Origin: Geosiphon pyriformis uo1
Taxonomy: Eukaryota > Fungi > Glomeromycota
Assembly: GCA_016748015.1 (NCBI GenBank)
Contig: JAAOMT010000301.1
Span: forward strand, 62,001 to 126,000
DNA: 64,000 nucleotides
Direction: 5' to 3'
The translations under genes and the position numbers were made by a program. Of this stretch, positions 24,400-36,599 are shown one piece after another. The stretch's first letter is position 1. Each line of letters opens with the position of its first letter. The notes under the pieces are model-generated. The model did no database searches, had not been told where the DNA came from, and worked only from the letters and a program-made list of their open reading frames with translations.

Positions 24400-26640
24400 A
24401 ATAGTTCTGAAAATTCGGGTTTTGGATGGAACCAGTACCCAGATTCCGCTGTCAAAAGCCTGATGGTTGGTGAGAGGAGCTGGAGATTGGTTGATGAACA
24501 ACTATCGCCAATTTCCAGTTTTGAGTGATTCTAGGTCTTGGGTTTCCTGATGTCATTTGAGTGGGATTTTGGAGTGGTGTTTGAATTGGTTGTTGGGGCT
24601 AATAAATTATTTGGAGCTGCAGCTGATAAATTACCAGTGGCTGCGATTGATAAATTAGAGGTTGATATACTGGCGGTTGATAGATTGGTTGCTGCATCAT
24701 TGGCAGGTAAGTGGTTTGATATTGGTTTTGATTTGGGTAGTGATTTTGAGTCTAAAATCTGTGATCGGGGTTTCGATATTGATTTCCCAATTGTGGATTG
24801 TTGCTATAAAATTGACAGTCAGCTCTAAGATGATCTTGTTTACCACAGTTGTAACAAACACACATTTCTGACTGCCATGGCTGATTGGGTAATGATGATG
24901 ACAATAATGTTGATAGATGCAGCTGATTTTGGAAACCATTCGTGTTTTCTAAATTATTGTGTTATTGTGGTGGTTGATAGATTGCATGATTGTCAGCTAA
25001 GTATCCCTCTAGTTTCTGATTGATTGTATCACTAAATTGTTTCAGTTTGGAATCCAAATCAGATGATTCGTTCATCACTAAATTTACAGCTTGGGTGTGG
25101 TTGGCTTTTAGTTCGGCTGCTTCAAAATCTTTGGCATAGATGATGGCAATTGGAAGGTCAACTGAATGCATTGAATGTACTTGCTGAAGAATGCTACTGT
25201 GCAATCCTCTGATGAACTGGTTCAAGATCTGTGGCACTGTAAAGTAATTAGCTTGGATTGTCTGAATTTGGCGCAGATTTCTATGGAAGCATTCTAAGTA
25301 CGTAGTAACTGCTTCTGTGTCCTCTTGTTTGATGGTGGTGAATGTGTTGGTCAAGCAATTGATACTATTGTTATTATTAAAGTATCTCAAGAATTCTGTT
25401 TTGAACTTATTGAAGGTTTGTGGTTTGGCAGCTAGGCTCTGATACCATGAGTTGGCGGTATCTTTGAGAAAATAGGAGATCGCTTGAAGGGCTCTACCGT
25501 TATTCTATCTATTGGCCACTATGGCTTTTTCAACATCATTGAGCCATATTTGGGCATTGTTCTCTTCACTGGTAAAATTGTCAAGTTTTGTGATTGGTGC
25601 ATAGGCCATTGGATCTAAGTTGGGTTGTTGTAGTGGTAGTTGAAATGGTTGTTGTTATATGAGTTGTTGGGGTGGTAGTTGAAGTGGTGGTTATATAGGT
25701 TTGGCTATTGGATTAATCAGTGGTTGATCAATGATAATTACTGGAGATAAGTTTTGTTGATTTATTAAATTAGGGTTTCAATTATCCTAAATTGGTGGTG
25801 TTTGAATATTCAGAGTTTCGATTTCTGGATTTTCTGGATTTAGATTTTGCTGGGTTTAAAGATTTGGGGTTTCAAATTCCAGGTTTTTAGTGATTGGGTT
25901 CTAGTAAGTGAATTCTTGATCTTTAGCTTCTTTTTCTTTCTTTTCTTCTAATTCTGTTACTTTCCACAGATCAAAAATTCTGAAATCTGGGGGAGGTGGT
26001 GGTGATCGGAGTCCTAATGGCATTAATGATTACAAGTTAAATCCTTCAAAATATGTGCCGTATGGTTCTAATAACTCTGCTTTCCTTTGTTTACTTTGGA
26101 ATGAAAATTGTCCAAATGCTGATGTCGTGTTTGATGTGGCCACGCTAGTAGATGTAATATTAATAGCACTTCTGGGTGTATAGTGATATGATAGATTAGT
26201 TGGGGACTCAACTCTTGTTTTCTTTCAAGTAGGTGGTTGTATTCTTTTGGATATTACTGCTGGTGTTTACAGTTTTCCTTTGTCTTTGCTTGCATAAGTA
26301 ATGGGGTATCTTTGCTGTGTGTGGTGTTCAATTTCTTTGTTGATTTCCATGATGATAGAGGTGAAATTATGATTTGTTGACAGGTTGGTATTTTAAATTA
26401 ATTCACTGTAAAAGGCTTCTCTTGCCAATTTGATATTTACTGGTGTTCCTAACAAATAGGCAATTTTTTCGTTGATGTAGAAATTGAAAGCTGATTCTGC
26501 TAATATGTGGTTGTGATTTAATTTCAAATGTTGACAGTAGTGTTGAAATAAGAATTTTGTGAATTCTAGATGGTTTGCTTTTATGTTTTCTATTTCTGCC
26601 ACTTTTAGATTTGTGTTGGTGCTGGTTCTCTATAGGATTA
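24400..26640 (-). pseudogene. Element D gag (long N-terminal extension, capsid, CCHC knuckle)
   Basis: AISYFLKDTANSWY capsid motif, LNQFIRGL, CYNCGKQDHLRADC at ~24815-24860. Confidence 0.85.
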
Positions 26641-26641
26641 T

Positions 26642-26659
26642 ACCTCACAGGGAGCACCA
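26642..26659 (-). promoter_or_regulatory. Primer-binding site of D (tggtgctccctgtgaggt)
   Basis: Begins TGG 2 nt after the 5' LTR; complementary to a tRNA ending CUCACAGGGAGCACCA. Confidence 0.88.
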
Positions 26660-26661
26660 AA

Positions 26662-27532
26662 TGTTACAGGTGACTATTTCTGATGTTGGATTAAATAACA
26701 AACTCATAACTTGGTGCTCAAATCTAGTTGCAGTTAATAGTGATCTGAAAGTTTGTGTTTGAAAGATTTGTATCCAAAGGGTTTGGTTGAGTTTTTTGTA
26801 TAATGAACAGAAATTCAATGGTAATAGTTTTATCCATAGCTTCCTGAAACCACAGTTTCATCAATTTCTTTCTTAGCTTGATGGCCGGTATTCCTCCTGG
26901 TAAGCTATCCTCAATCAAGTGTTTTACCCTTATTTCTGAGTCTTTTACCAGTCACGTTTATCTTGACATTAGTACCCTGCGTGTTAATCCTCAATAGAGT
27001 TAGTAAACAACAATAAAATCAAGGCCAGAAATAAAGAAAATAAAAGAAAATAAAGAAAAAAAAGAAATAAGCCAAGGCGATTTGCAAGTTAGTATTCCAT
27101 CAATAGTCATGATCAAGAACTATTATTCCAGTGTGGTTAAGTATCAATTACTATCAACATGGAGTGTTGATAGTGGCAGCGGGTTTGAGATAACAAACAG
27201 TTATTTATTTGTGGTTTGGAAAGTTGTCTAGATAAAATCTAAACTGAGAGGTTTGTCTTTTTAGCTTCTAATCCTACTGCTATATATATATAATTGAGAT
27301 TCCTCAATTCCTCAATTTTTCACAACAGGAATCCTGAAATTTCTGGAATCCTGCAATTCTTTTGAGAAGAATTTTGGAATTCTGGAATCCTGCGATTCCT
27401 TGTGAGAATCCTGTAATTCCTGGAATCCTGCAATTCCTGAGAGGAATCCTGGAATTCCACATTTTATTATGTCTACTTCTGATTGGTTAATAACTATGCT
27501 AATATATATTCCCTATATTTCTATGAGTAATA
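26662..27532 (-). repeat. Element D 5' LTR
   Basis: Pair of 17340-18202. Confidence 0.94.
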
Positions 27533-27536
27533 TCAT

Positions 27537-30500
27537 CATTGGACAACTCCTCCAGCAACTAAACAGAACCAAGAAGAAAAACAATCAGATGAATCAGATG
27601 ATGATGAAAGTGATGATGAAGATTAAGAAAAACAAAAAAAAACTGTTGAACTCATCTATATCATCTTCACCAGCAATGGCAAGTCATTGGACAATGTTAA
27701 AGCTAACAAAAAAGAAATCATAGTAAATGGCAAACTAATCTGCTGGCCCTACTATGATATCCTCAGAAAAACTTTTGACAGAAAACCTGGCAAGAAAGCA
27801 AAATACAGTTATTGGTGGTATGGCCTTTGTGCATAGTGCTAGTGTAATAAACTTTTATATTCACCAAGTAATGAATGCAAATTCTGTCTAATTTATTACA
27901 AAGATTGGAAACCAATTAGCTTAATACCTCGAAAAGAACTTAAAGAGATACAAAAGTCCTTTGAGAATGAACTATTTGAAATCCAATTATTAGTTATAGA
28001 ACAAAAAGAATCTTTCTCTGAAAAAAGAAAAGTGGACATTGAAAATCTGTTGGCTAGAAATAGCCCAGTTATCTTAAAAGAAGGTAATACTCCCAGACGA
28101 ACTCATGTGATACAACACACTATTACCACCAAAGAAACTCACCCCATCTATTTGAAGCCTTATCAATCTAATTAACATAATGATGAATTTATCAAGAAAG
28201 AGATAAACCAGATGAAAGATCTTGAATTCATACAAGAAACCAAGAGTGAATGAGCTTTTTCAGTTGTAGTGGTATCCAAGAAAGATGGAACCCTACACTT
28301 TTGTGTTGACTACTGCCAATTAAATGCCATCACTATAAGAAATATATACTTACTCCCCAAAATTAATGCAATGCTAGATAAATTCAATGGTGCTGCTTTC
28401 TTCTTAACCATTGACTTAATTCCTGAATTCTGGCAAGTAAAAATAGATCCAGAAAGCAGAAAAAAAACTGACTTTATCACCAAGTATGACACCTATGAAT
28501 TCACAGTCATGTCTTTTGGTTTCATTAATGCTCCTTCCACCTTTCAATGCCTAATAGATAAAGTGTTTGAATCAGTAAAAAAAAACTTTGTTCTGGTCTA
28601 CTTAGACAACATAATAGTCTACTCAAAACCCTGGAATGAATACTTTGAACATTTACAGAAAGTTTTTGACCTGCTCAGAAATGCTGGCCTTAAGCTAAAC
28701 CCAATCAAATCTTTCTTTAAATGCCAATCCACCCAGTTCTTTGGTCATTTTGTTACAAAAAATGGAATCTTCTCTGATCCAGCTAAAGTTAAAAAAGTTC
28801 AGAACATTAGACAACCAATGAATGTTTTTAAACTATACTCTTTCCTTGGTTTGGCCTTTTACTATTGCAAATTTATCAAAAATTTCTCCAAAATCGTCTT
28901 TTTTCTCAATTAGCTACTCAGAAAAAATGTCAATTATCACTGAAGCACTTATCAACAAAAAGCTTTTGAAATTCTGAAGGAAAAACTTGTTACTGAACCA
29001 ATTCTCAAACAACCTGATCTGAACCAACTTTTTATCCTCTACACTGATACATCTGGCTATAGACTTGGTGCTGTCTTTTTACAAAAAGATGAAAATGGCA
29101 AAGAACATGCTATAACATATGCCAATAGATCCATTACACCAGCAGAAAAGAACTATTCAGTTACTGAACAAGAATGTCTAGCAGTAGTTTGGGCTACTAA
29201 TTACTGAGATCAATATCTTCTTGGTGCAAAATTTTTAGTGATAACAGATCATCAAGTTTTGGTTTGACTGCACAAGAAAAAGAAGCTGGAACACAAACAA
29301 ATAACTCACTGGATACTCCACTTGAATAAATTTGACTATAATATTCAACACTGCAAAGAAGCAAATCATCAAAATGCCAACACTCTATCTAGACTTACCA
29401 TCCAGTAACAGTACAACCTCTCAAACCAAACCAACTTAATTATTAGTAACTCTTTCACAAACAAACATGATAATAGACTTGGACAACTACTCTGCTTTAA
29501 TAAAATTTTTGGGTAAAGGACAATACCCACCTGAATACACTCAACAGCAAAAAAAACATTTGTACAAACAATCAAATTTTTATTTGATCTGCCAGAACTA
29601 ATTATACAAAAGAAACAGAAAAGATCTTAACCACTTCCAGAGAGTCATCAGATTTAAAGAAAGAAAAATTGTAATATACAATATGTACACTAACCTATTA
29701 GCTAAATACTTTGGAAAAACAAAAACAATTCAGAAAACTTTAGCTCATTATTATTGGCCTACTTTGGGAAAAGACATTGCTAAATATATTAAAACCTGTA
29801 ACATCTGCCAAAGAAAAGGCAAACCCAATTACAAAGAAGATATCCATCTAATCTCTGTTGGTCAACCCTTTGACAGAATTGGTATAGATGTTGTTGGACT
29901 TTTAACAATCACTCCAGATGGCAACAAATATATTATTACAGCTACCGACTATCTTACAAAGTAAGTAGAAGCAAGAGCCACTCCAGACCAAACAGCAGTC
30001 TCAATAGCCAATTTCATTTATAAAAATATCATCTGCTGTCATGACTGCTCCAAAAAGCTTTTATCTGATAGAGAAAAAGCTTTTCTCAGTATACTGGTTG
30101 AAGAACTTTGCAGAAAAATAAGAATATGTCATAAACTTTCCTCCTCTTATTACCCTTAAACAAATGGCTTAATGGAACGTTTTAATAGAACATTATGTGA
30201 AACCCTAGCCAAAACCAGTGAAAAAACAAACTTATGAAACAAAGTACTGCTTTCAGCTTTGTTTGCTTATAGAACTGTGAATTATGACATAACAAGTTAT
30301 GAACTTTTTTATCTGCTCTATAGACACATGACAACATTACCAATAGAAACTAACATTAAAACAATACCCTTTGAAAAGATCACAATAAGAAATTACAAAG
30401 ACATTTTGCAAAAAAAACTTGGTACCATTCTTGACTCCTTGGTAAAAACATAAATAATTGTTTTTGAAAAGATAAAACAATTCCAAAAAAAACTTAAAAG

Positions 30501-30786
30501 AAAAAAAACCTATAAAACACTTTTTTTAAGTGTTGGTAACTTGGTATTGGAATACCATTTAAATAGAAACAATGTTTATGGTGATAAATTCTCTAGCTGG
30601 TGGAAAAAACCCTTTATAGTCAACAAAGTTTTAAACAATAGTTCTTATATTCTTCAAAATCAATCTAGAACAATCTTTAATGATTGTCCTGTTTATGGTA
30701 CACAATTCAAAAAATATCATAAATGATCTAATTGGTTGCCTGTTGTGGTAATACTGACTCAAATGATCAGCAAAAATCAAGTATAA
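27537..30786 (+). pseudogene. Element C pol continuation (acidic/Cys linker, RT, RNase H, integrase)
   Basis: FCVDYCQLN, FWQV, YLDN (28599-28610), YTDTS, EQECLAVVWA, YYWP..CNICQ, GIDVVG, NGLMERFN. Confidence 0.93.
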
Positions 30787-30827
30787 ATAAATGTACTATT
30801 TTCAAAACAGAGGTATCTTCAATCAAC

Positions 30828-31452
30828 ATGAACACTTATTTTCTGGATTAAAACATTCAAAATGTCTTCTATACTCTCCATGAGTATTGGATCAAAAATT
30901 ATCTAAATGCTACTTTGACCATTGGAAAACAAACCACCATAACTGATAACAGTAGAACACATACTGTTATTAGACCAAAGAAAACCACTACCAGAAGAGA
31001 AAAAATTGGTAGTAAAATGGATAAATATCTGTTAGAAAGTATAACAGCAGCTATACTCCTACCTTCTAATACAATTGAAAAAACACTTTAAGAAATCTTA
31101 TCCATAGACAAAAACTTGTTATATGGAAGGCAATTAGAACTCTATGATTACCTTGGTGAAATTATAAAGGATATAAAACTCATGAAGAAAACAACTTTAG
31201 AGATACAGGCAGAAATTTTGGGCATTATACAGTTAGATGTCCCAAGAGTTTTAACTATTGCTAAAAGAGCCAAAACTTTAATACAAAGATTTGGTTTCTT
31301 GGATACAAAACTCATTTTGTCTCAAGTGTTATATACCTTATCCACAAAAGACTTCAACAAACTAGTTAGCTTTGAGTTAAATAAAACTCTTCCAATAGAT
31401 TACATCATAAATAGCTTAATTTCACCAGAGCTCATCTTTTTAGAAAAGATAA
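30828..31452 (+). pseudogene. Element C ORF3 (~207 codons up to the LTR, two premature stops)
   Basis: ATG at 30828 is in frame with ORF 31116; shares N- and C-terminal motifs with D ORF3. Confidence 0.7.
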
Positions 31453-32128
31453 TGTTACAGTTGAAACTTATACTTCTTATTAATTATCACATGTATTAGT
31501 TACTGATATCACATAAATTAGCCACTTTATTTTTAGTAAGTGATCATTGACCTGATCAATGACCTGACTGTTGACTTGATTAGTGACCTGATCATTGACC
31601 ACTTTTGACAGCTATATAAGTGATAAATTTCTTAGCTATAGAAATGCATGTAAGAAAAAAAAATAAAGAAATAAAATAACAACTTCATCTCAATCCTTCT
31701 CTTATCACTAATTTCTCTTTTCCTACTTTCAAGTATCTGAACATCTTAAAGATAAAAGATTACTTGTTGGTTATTTCCTACTCTTTTCCTGAAACATGTA
31801 ATTGCAGCATTTAAAGATTATTGAAGAAAACGTAACTGAAGAGTACATTTGATACCTAATATTGAATTCTAAAAGCACTGACATGAAGCATAGAATTATA
31901 CCAAACGTAATTAATTGTTAACAGTACAAACTATCTCTCTACCTTCAGATTCTCTGGTTATCTTTTGAAAAGTATAGCGACTGAGATATTTTATAAGACT
32001 GATCTCATACATTGAATCCATACTTATTCAATTTGCTTCTTAAAATTGAATTCTCTTTGATTATTTCCATCACCCTACAATTCTGTTCTTTCTTGCTATT
32101 TGTTAGCTTGTTATTTCAATCTGTAACA
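31453..32128 (+). repeat. Element C 3' LTR
   Basis: Pair of 14247-14945; preceded by purine tract agaaaagataa. Confidence 0.92.
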
Positions 32129-32206
32129 ATATATGCTAATTAATAATAGAAATTATGAGGGTAATTTCATGCTAATTAATAGCTAAAATTCTATTGATAA
32201 CACCAG

Positions 32207-32859
32207 TTAAGAAACACACTTAGAAGCAGTTTAAAATTCATATCACATATCAATAAATTATTAATTACTACTTGAATTTATGTTATCATTATTTAATTAA
32301 AGAAAATTAAATTATTTCCACTTTATCAACACTCCATGTTAATAGAATTTAATACTTAACCACACTAGAACAATAGCTTTTGATTATAGCTATTAACAGA
32401 ATACTAATTTTTTTTTCTTTTATTTTCTTCTTTATTTTTTTTTTCTTTTATTTTTGTTTTGTTAATTTACTAACTGATTAAAGAGATTAAAGTGCAAAGT
32501 ACTAATATTAGAAAAGAGACTGGTAAAAGACCCAGAAATAAGAGTAGACACTCAGAATTAAGAGATAGCTTATCAGAGAACTGGTCATTAAGCTAAGAAA
32601 AAAATTGATGAAATAAGATATTCTGAAAAGTTATGAACAATAATGCATACCAACTCAAGAGTTGAAGAAAAAACTAAAAACATTACAACAGAATATTGAT
32701 ATTGAATCTTTGTCTATTATACAAAAGACTCAATTAAAACTTTTAAACACCAAAACTTTTAGACACTAAAACCTTCAGATATTACCAATACTATCAGCTA
32801 TTAAGCATCAAATTATGGTTTGTTATTTGTATTAACACCCCAAATAATCATTTGTAACA
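32207..32859 (+). mobile_element. Element A 3' LTR, right part (R/U5)
   Basis: Homologous to LTR0 and the D LTR U5; ends tttgtaaca at 32859. Confidence 0.8.
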
Positions 32860-35800
32860 ATGAGTACAATAATACTATTAACTTTAAAAAAAAAGTTATT
32901 GATTTTATCAATAAATGTTATAGTTGTTTTATTGACTGTAATAATCTTGGTGCTGACAGTGTGATTAATTTGGCAATCTAATTGGTCTGTGAGTTGTCAA
33001 ATAATGATGTTGTCTGCTAATTGACTATCAAGGATTAATTTGATAAATTATTCATCAACTTTGGCATTAGTATATATTGTGATAATTGGTTTAGTATCAA
33101 AAGCAGCTTTATTGAATAGAGATATCATTACTGTTTCTTTTAATTCAAAAAGAAAGATGATTGCAAGTGATTTGTTTTTAGTAATTATTGCTAATAGGAT
33201 ATTGTTAATAAAAAGTATTAGATTGGTTTCTAATAATTTGGATGTTGCAATTTCTGGAATTACCAAAAGACTTAAATAGTTCTGAAAATTTGGGTTTAGG
33301 TGTATCTATTTTCTAAATTTTTAGAACATAATTCTAATAGCTGGTTTAATAAACTAGAGATTGGTTAATGTGTAAACATTGTCAATTTCTAATTTTGTTA
33401 AGTGTAGGTAATTTTTGGTTTTTAGATTCTATTTAATATTAGCACAGTATTTTGGAATGACACTTGAATTTGTTAAGGTTGATAAATTATTTGTGGCTGT
33501 GAAACTTAATAAATTACTGGTATTGAAATTGGATAAATTAAAAGTGCATATATTGATTGTTGTATTATAGATATATAATGTGATTGGTATTGTTCCAATA
33601 ACAAATTGTTGGTATAGTTCTGGTTTAAAATCTGTGATTAGAATTTTTATATTGGTTTTCTGATTGTGAGTTATTAAATCTGAAGTAGCAATCTGCTTTT
33701 AAATAGCTTTGTTTATTATAGTAGTAACAATTATGTGTTTTTTGCTGTTATAACTAATTTATCAATGATAATGATAAATATAATTAATTTTGGAAATGAT
33801 TAGAGTTTTTTTGATTTTTGCAATATTGTGGATGTTGATAGATAACTTGATTGTTAGCTAAGTATTCTTCTAATTTCTGGTTGATAAAGTCACTAAATTG
33901 TTTTAGCTTAGAATTTAAGTTAAATAATCTGTTTATTACTAAATTTATAGTTTGAGTACTGATTGGTTTTAAGTTCAGTTAATTTAAAATCTTTAGCATA
34001 TATAATTGCATCTTAGAAAGTATTTGGGTGCATTAAGCATATTTATTACAGAAAACTACTGTATAATTCATGAATAAATTGATTTAGAATTTGCAGTACT
34101 GTGAAATAGTCAATATTGATTGCTTGAATTTGGCACAGATTTTTATGAAAATATCCCAAGTAAGTGGTAACTGTTTTGGTATTACTTTGCTTGATAGTAG
34201 TAAAGTTAGTAAATAGGCAATTGTGTTATTATTATTACTAAAATACTATAAAAATGCAGTTTTGAATGCATCAAAATTTTGAAGTTTGTTTATAAAATTC
34301 TGATATCATTGTTACCAAAGGTTTTTAATCTTTTTTCTTAAGTGTTATTAATATTTGTTTGCTGTTAATTCATATTTTCTAAAAGCTAATAAACCTCCAA
34401 TAACTAAATTTATCTTCAAATTATCTTTTATAATTTGAATTGTTAAACTTATAAGTGAAATGGCCAATTTTATACCAGTTATTTGATGTAGTTACTTTGT
34501 AGTAAAAGTCAATTTTTTCTCAAAAAATGCTTATCTGGAAGCTTACTAAAATATGTAATTACTTTGTTGTAAAAGTTAACTCTTCTATAGAAATCTTGTC
34601 TGTAAACTACTTTAATGATTATAATAAAAAAATAAAAAAAAATAAAGGAAATATAAAAGAAATATAATTTTGTTTTAAGAGAATTGTTTTTTATTTAGGC
34701 CTAAAATTATTAACAAATTATTGAAATTGGTAACTAATTAATTTTCAAAATATTAATTAGATTTTTAGAAAATTTCAAGTGCAAATAATTAAGAAATTTT
34801 GGTTTTTAAGTATTTGATATCTTTATTACTTTTTGTAAGACTAATTAATTTGAATTAAAATAATTCTGAGTAAAATATATTTTTTTAAAAAAAAAAGCTT
34901 TTTTTTTATACAACTTGTTATAGTACTAATCTATAAATTTGAACTTTTTTTTTGCTATAATTTCAACAAACTAAAAATATATTTCGATGAATTACAAGTT
35001 ATTTTGATGAACTATTAACTATTTTGGTAAATTATTCATTATTTTTACAAATTTTTACAAATTTCGACAAATTCTTGAATGTTATATAGTTTGAAGTATT
35101 GTGTAATTTGATTATCCTAATTTTTATTGTATAAATTAGGTCATTAATTAAATAGTAATATTTGATAATTTGATTAAATAATAAGTAATACTTTAAAATA
35201 ATATTAAAATATGCTAATTAATAATAAAAATTATAAGAGTAATTTTATGCTAATTAATAGCTAAAATTTTATTGGTAATACTATAAGTTAGCAATGTTTT
35301 GTAAAAAGTAGGAAATTATTTAAAAAGCTCTAACATCATCCTATTTATTGGCTGCAATAGCTTTTGTCATATTATTTAGTTATGTTTGAGCATTGTTTTT
35401 TTTACTGGTTAATTTTTTAAGTTTAGTAATTAGTGCATATGCTATTTGTGCAAATTGTTGTTATTGTAATTATTGTTAAACAGTAATTGGTACTATTAAT
35501 AGTTGATTAGCTGTGATAACTGATGATAAGTTTTGTAAAAGAATAGAAGCAAAATTTGAATTGTTTGAGTTTTGCTGTATTTAAACAATTGAAGTTTAAA
35601 CTTCTGAGTTATTTAGAATTGGGTTTTAATTATTGATTTTTTAATTGCTGTTTTTTTTTCTAAATTAGTGTTTGCCCAATTATTAATAAATCTGAAATTT
35701 AATTGAAGTAATAGTAATTGAAATCCTAATAATATTGTTAATTATAATTTAAATTTTTCAAAAAAATTGTTATATATTCTTAATAGTTTGGTTTTTTTCT

Positions 35801-36433
35801 GGTTATTTTGGAATGATAGTTGTATTAATAATGTTTTTATCATTAATTGTGATGTAAATTTGAATGGTATGTAAATAGCATTTCTTGATATATAGTGGTA
35901 GAATAGGTGAATAGATAAAATAACTCTTGATTTCTTTTAAGTAGATAATTGTATTTTTCTTGGTATTTCTGTTAGAGTTTGTAATTTTTTATTGTCTGCA
36001 AAAATAATAGAAAATTTCTATTAGATGTAATTTTCAATTTTTCGATTTATTTTTGTAATTAGTAGGACAAACAAATAATTTTGTAAAAGTATGGTATTTT
36101 AAAGTAGTTTACTGTAAAAATTTTTGAAGACAGTTTTTGGATCTTCTTGGTCTCCTAAATAAGATGTAATTTTTTTATTAATGTAAAAATTAAAAACTGA
36201 TTTTGCTGGCCAATAGTTATTTGTCAGTCTGAGGTAAATTTGATAATATTAAAATAAAGTTTTTACAAATTCCAAGTAGTTTGTTTCTATTACTTTTAAT
36301 TTTGCCACTGTTTTAGATAATTGTTGTTGATACCAGTTTTCTGTTAAATTATACTTTACAGGAAGCACCAAATATTATAAATGATTATTTAAGGTGTTGA
36401 AACAGATAACAAATCTGTAACTTGGTATTCAAT
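32860..36433 (-). mobile_element. Element E: 5' part (LTR stub, PBS, gag, start of protease) of an old D-like element, host of A and F
   Basis: Colinear with D gag/protease; PBS tggtgcttcctgt at ~36358-36370; LTR stub 36373-36433; strongly AT-shifted. Confidence 0.8.
34310..35280 (-). mobile_element. Element F: solo LTR of the B family inserted in E gag
   Basis: Full B-type LTR with no internal sequence; flanks tcat and ctat both derive from ccat in the D-like gag sequence. Confidence 0.87.
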
Positions 36434-36599
36434 ATTACAAAATTAACAAAAAAGTTAAAAAAAATAAAAATTTTATTTTTTACAAAAAAAAACTAATTTC
36501 AATATAATTAAAATATTATTAAAAATTTCAAAAAAATAAAGTTTTTTTATGCTATAAAAAATTTAATAACTAACTTAAAAAAATTGTTTTTTTATTATT

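Larger units (their letters stand above)
17340..27532 (-). mobile_element. Element D: innermost, best-preserved Ty3/Gypsy element with Cys-rich domain, dUTPase and ORF3
   Basis: LTRs 17340-18202 and 26662-27532; PBS 26642-26659; PPT aaaaaaagggaataa at 18203-18217; TSD ttat/tcat. Removing D restores the C reading frame (VVKYHHWTTPP). Confidence 0.94.
14247..32128 (+). mobile_element. Element C: full-length decayed Ty3/Gypsy element without dUTPase, interrupted by D
   Basis: LTRs 14247-14945 and 31453-32128 (TGTTA...TAACA); perfect TSD ATAT (14243-14246 / 32129-32132); PBS tgatgctccctgtga at 14952-14966. Confidence 0.92.
4456..32202 (-). mobile_element. Element B: full-length decayed Ty3/Gypsy LTR retrotransposon with dUTPase, interrupted by C
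   Basis: Paired LTRs 4456-5430 and 13365-14246 + 32133-32202; PBS at ~13346-13362; PPT at ~5431-5443; degenerate 4-bp TSD ctaa (4452-4455) / ccag (32203-32206). Confidence 0.88.

Noticed and set aside
26642-26659. tRNA gene
   Set aside because: Only the 3' ~18 nt including CCA is present, which is a PBS rather than a tRNA locus.
26724-26918. Small ORF inside the D LTR, open in both LTRs
   Set aside because: No ATG at the annotated start, and the homologous region in LTR0 and A has indels and stops. Conservation is better explained by RNA structure.
26860-26960. Possible hammerhead or hairpin ribozyme in U5
   Set aside because: Stems are present, but no CUGANGA/GAAA or hairpin loop-B consensus could be placed.
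4456-27532. Strictly alternating orientation of the nested elements (E-, A+, B-, C+, D-)
   Set aside because: Only four events, and F and LTR0 are co-oriented with their hosts, so it is compatible with chance.
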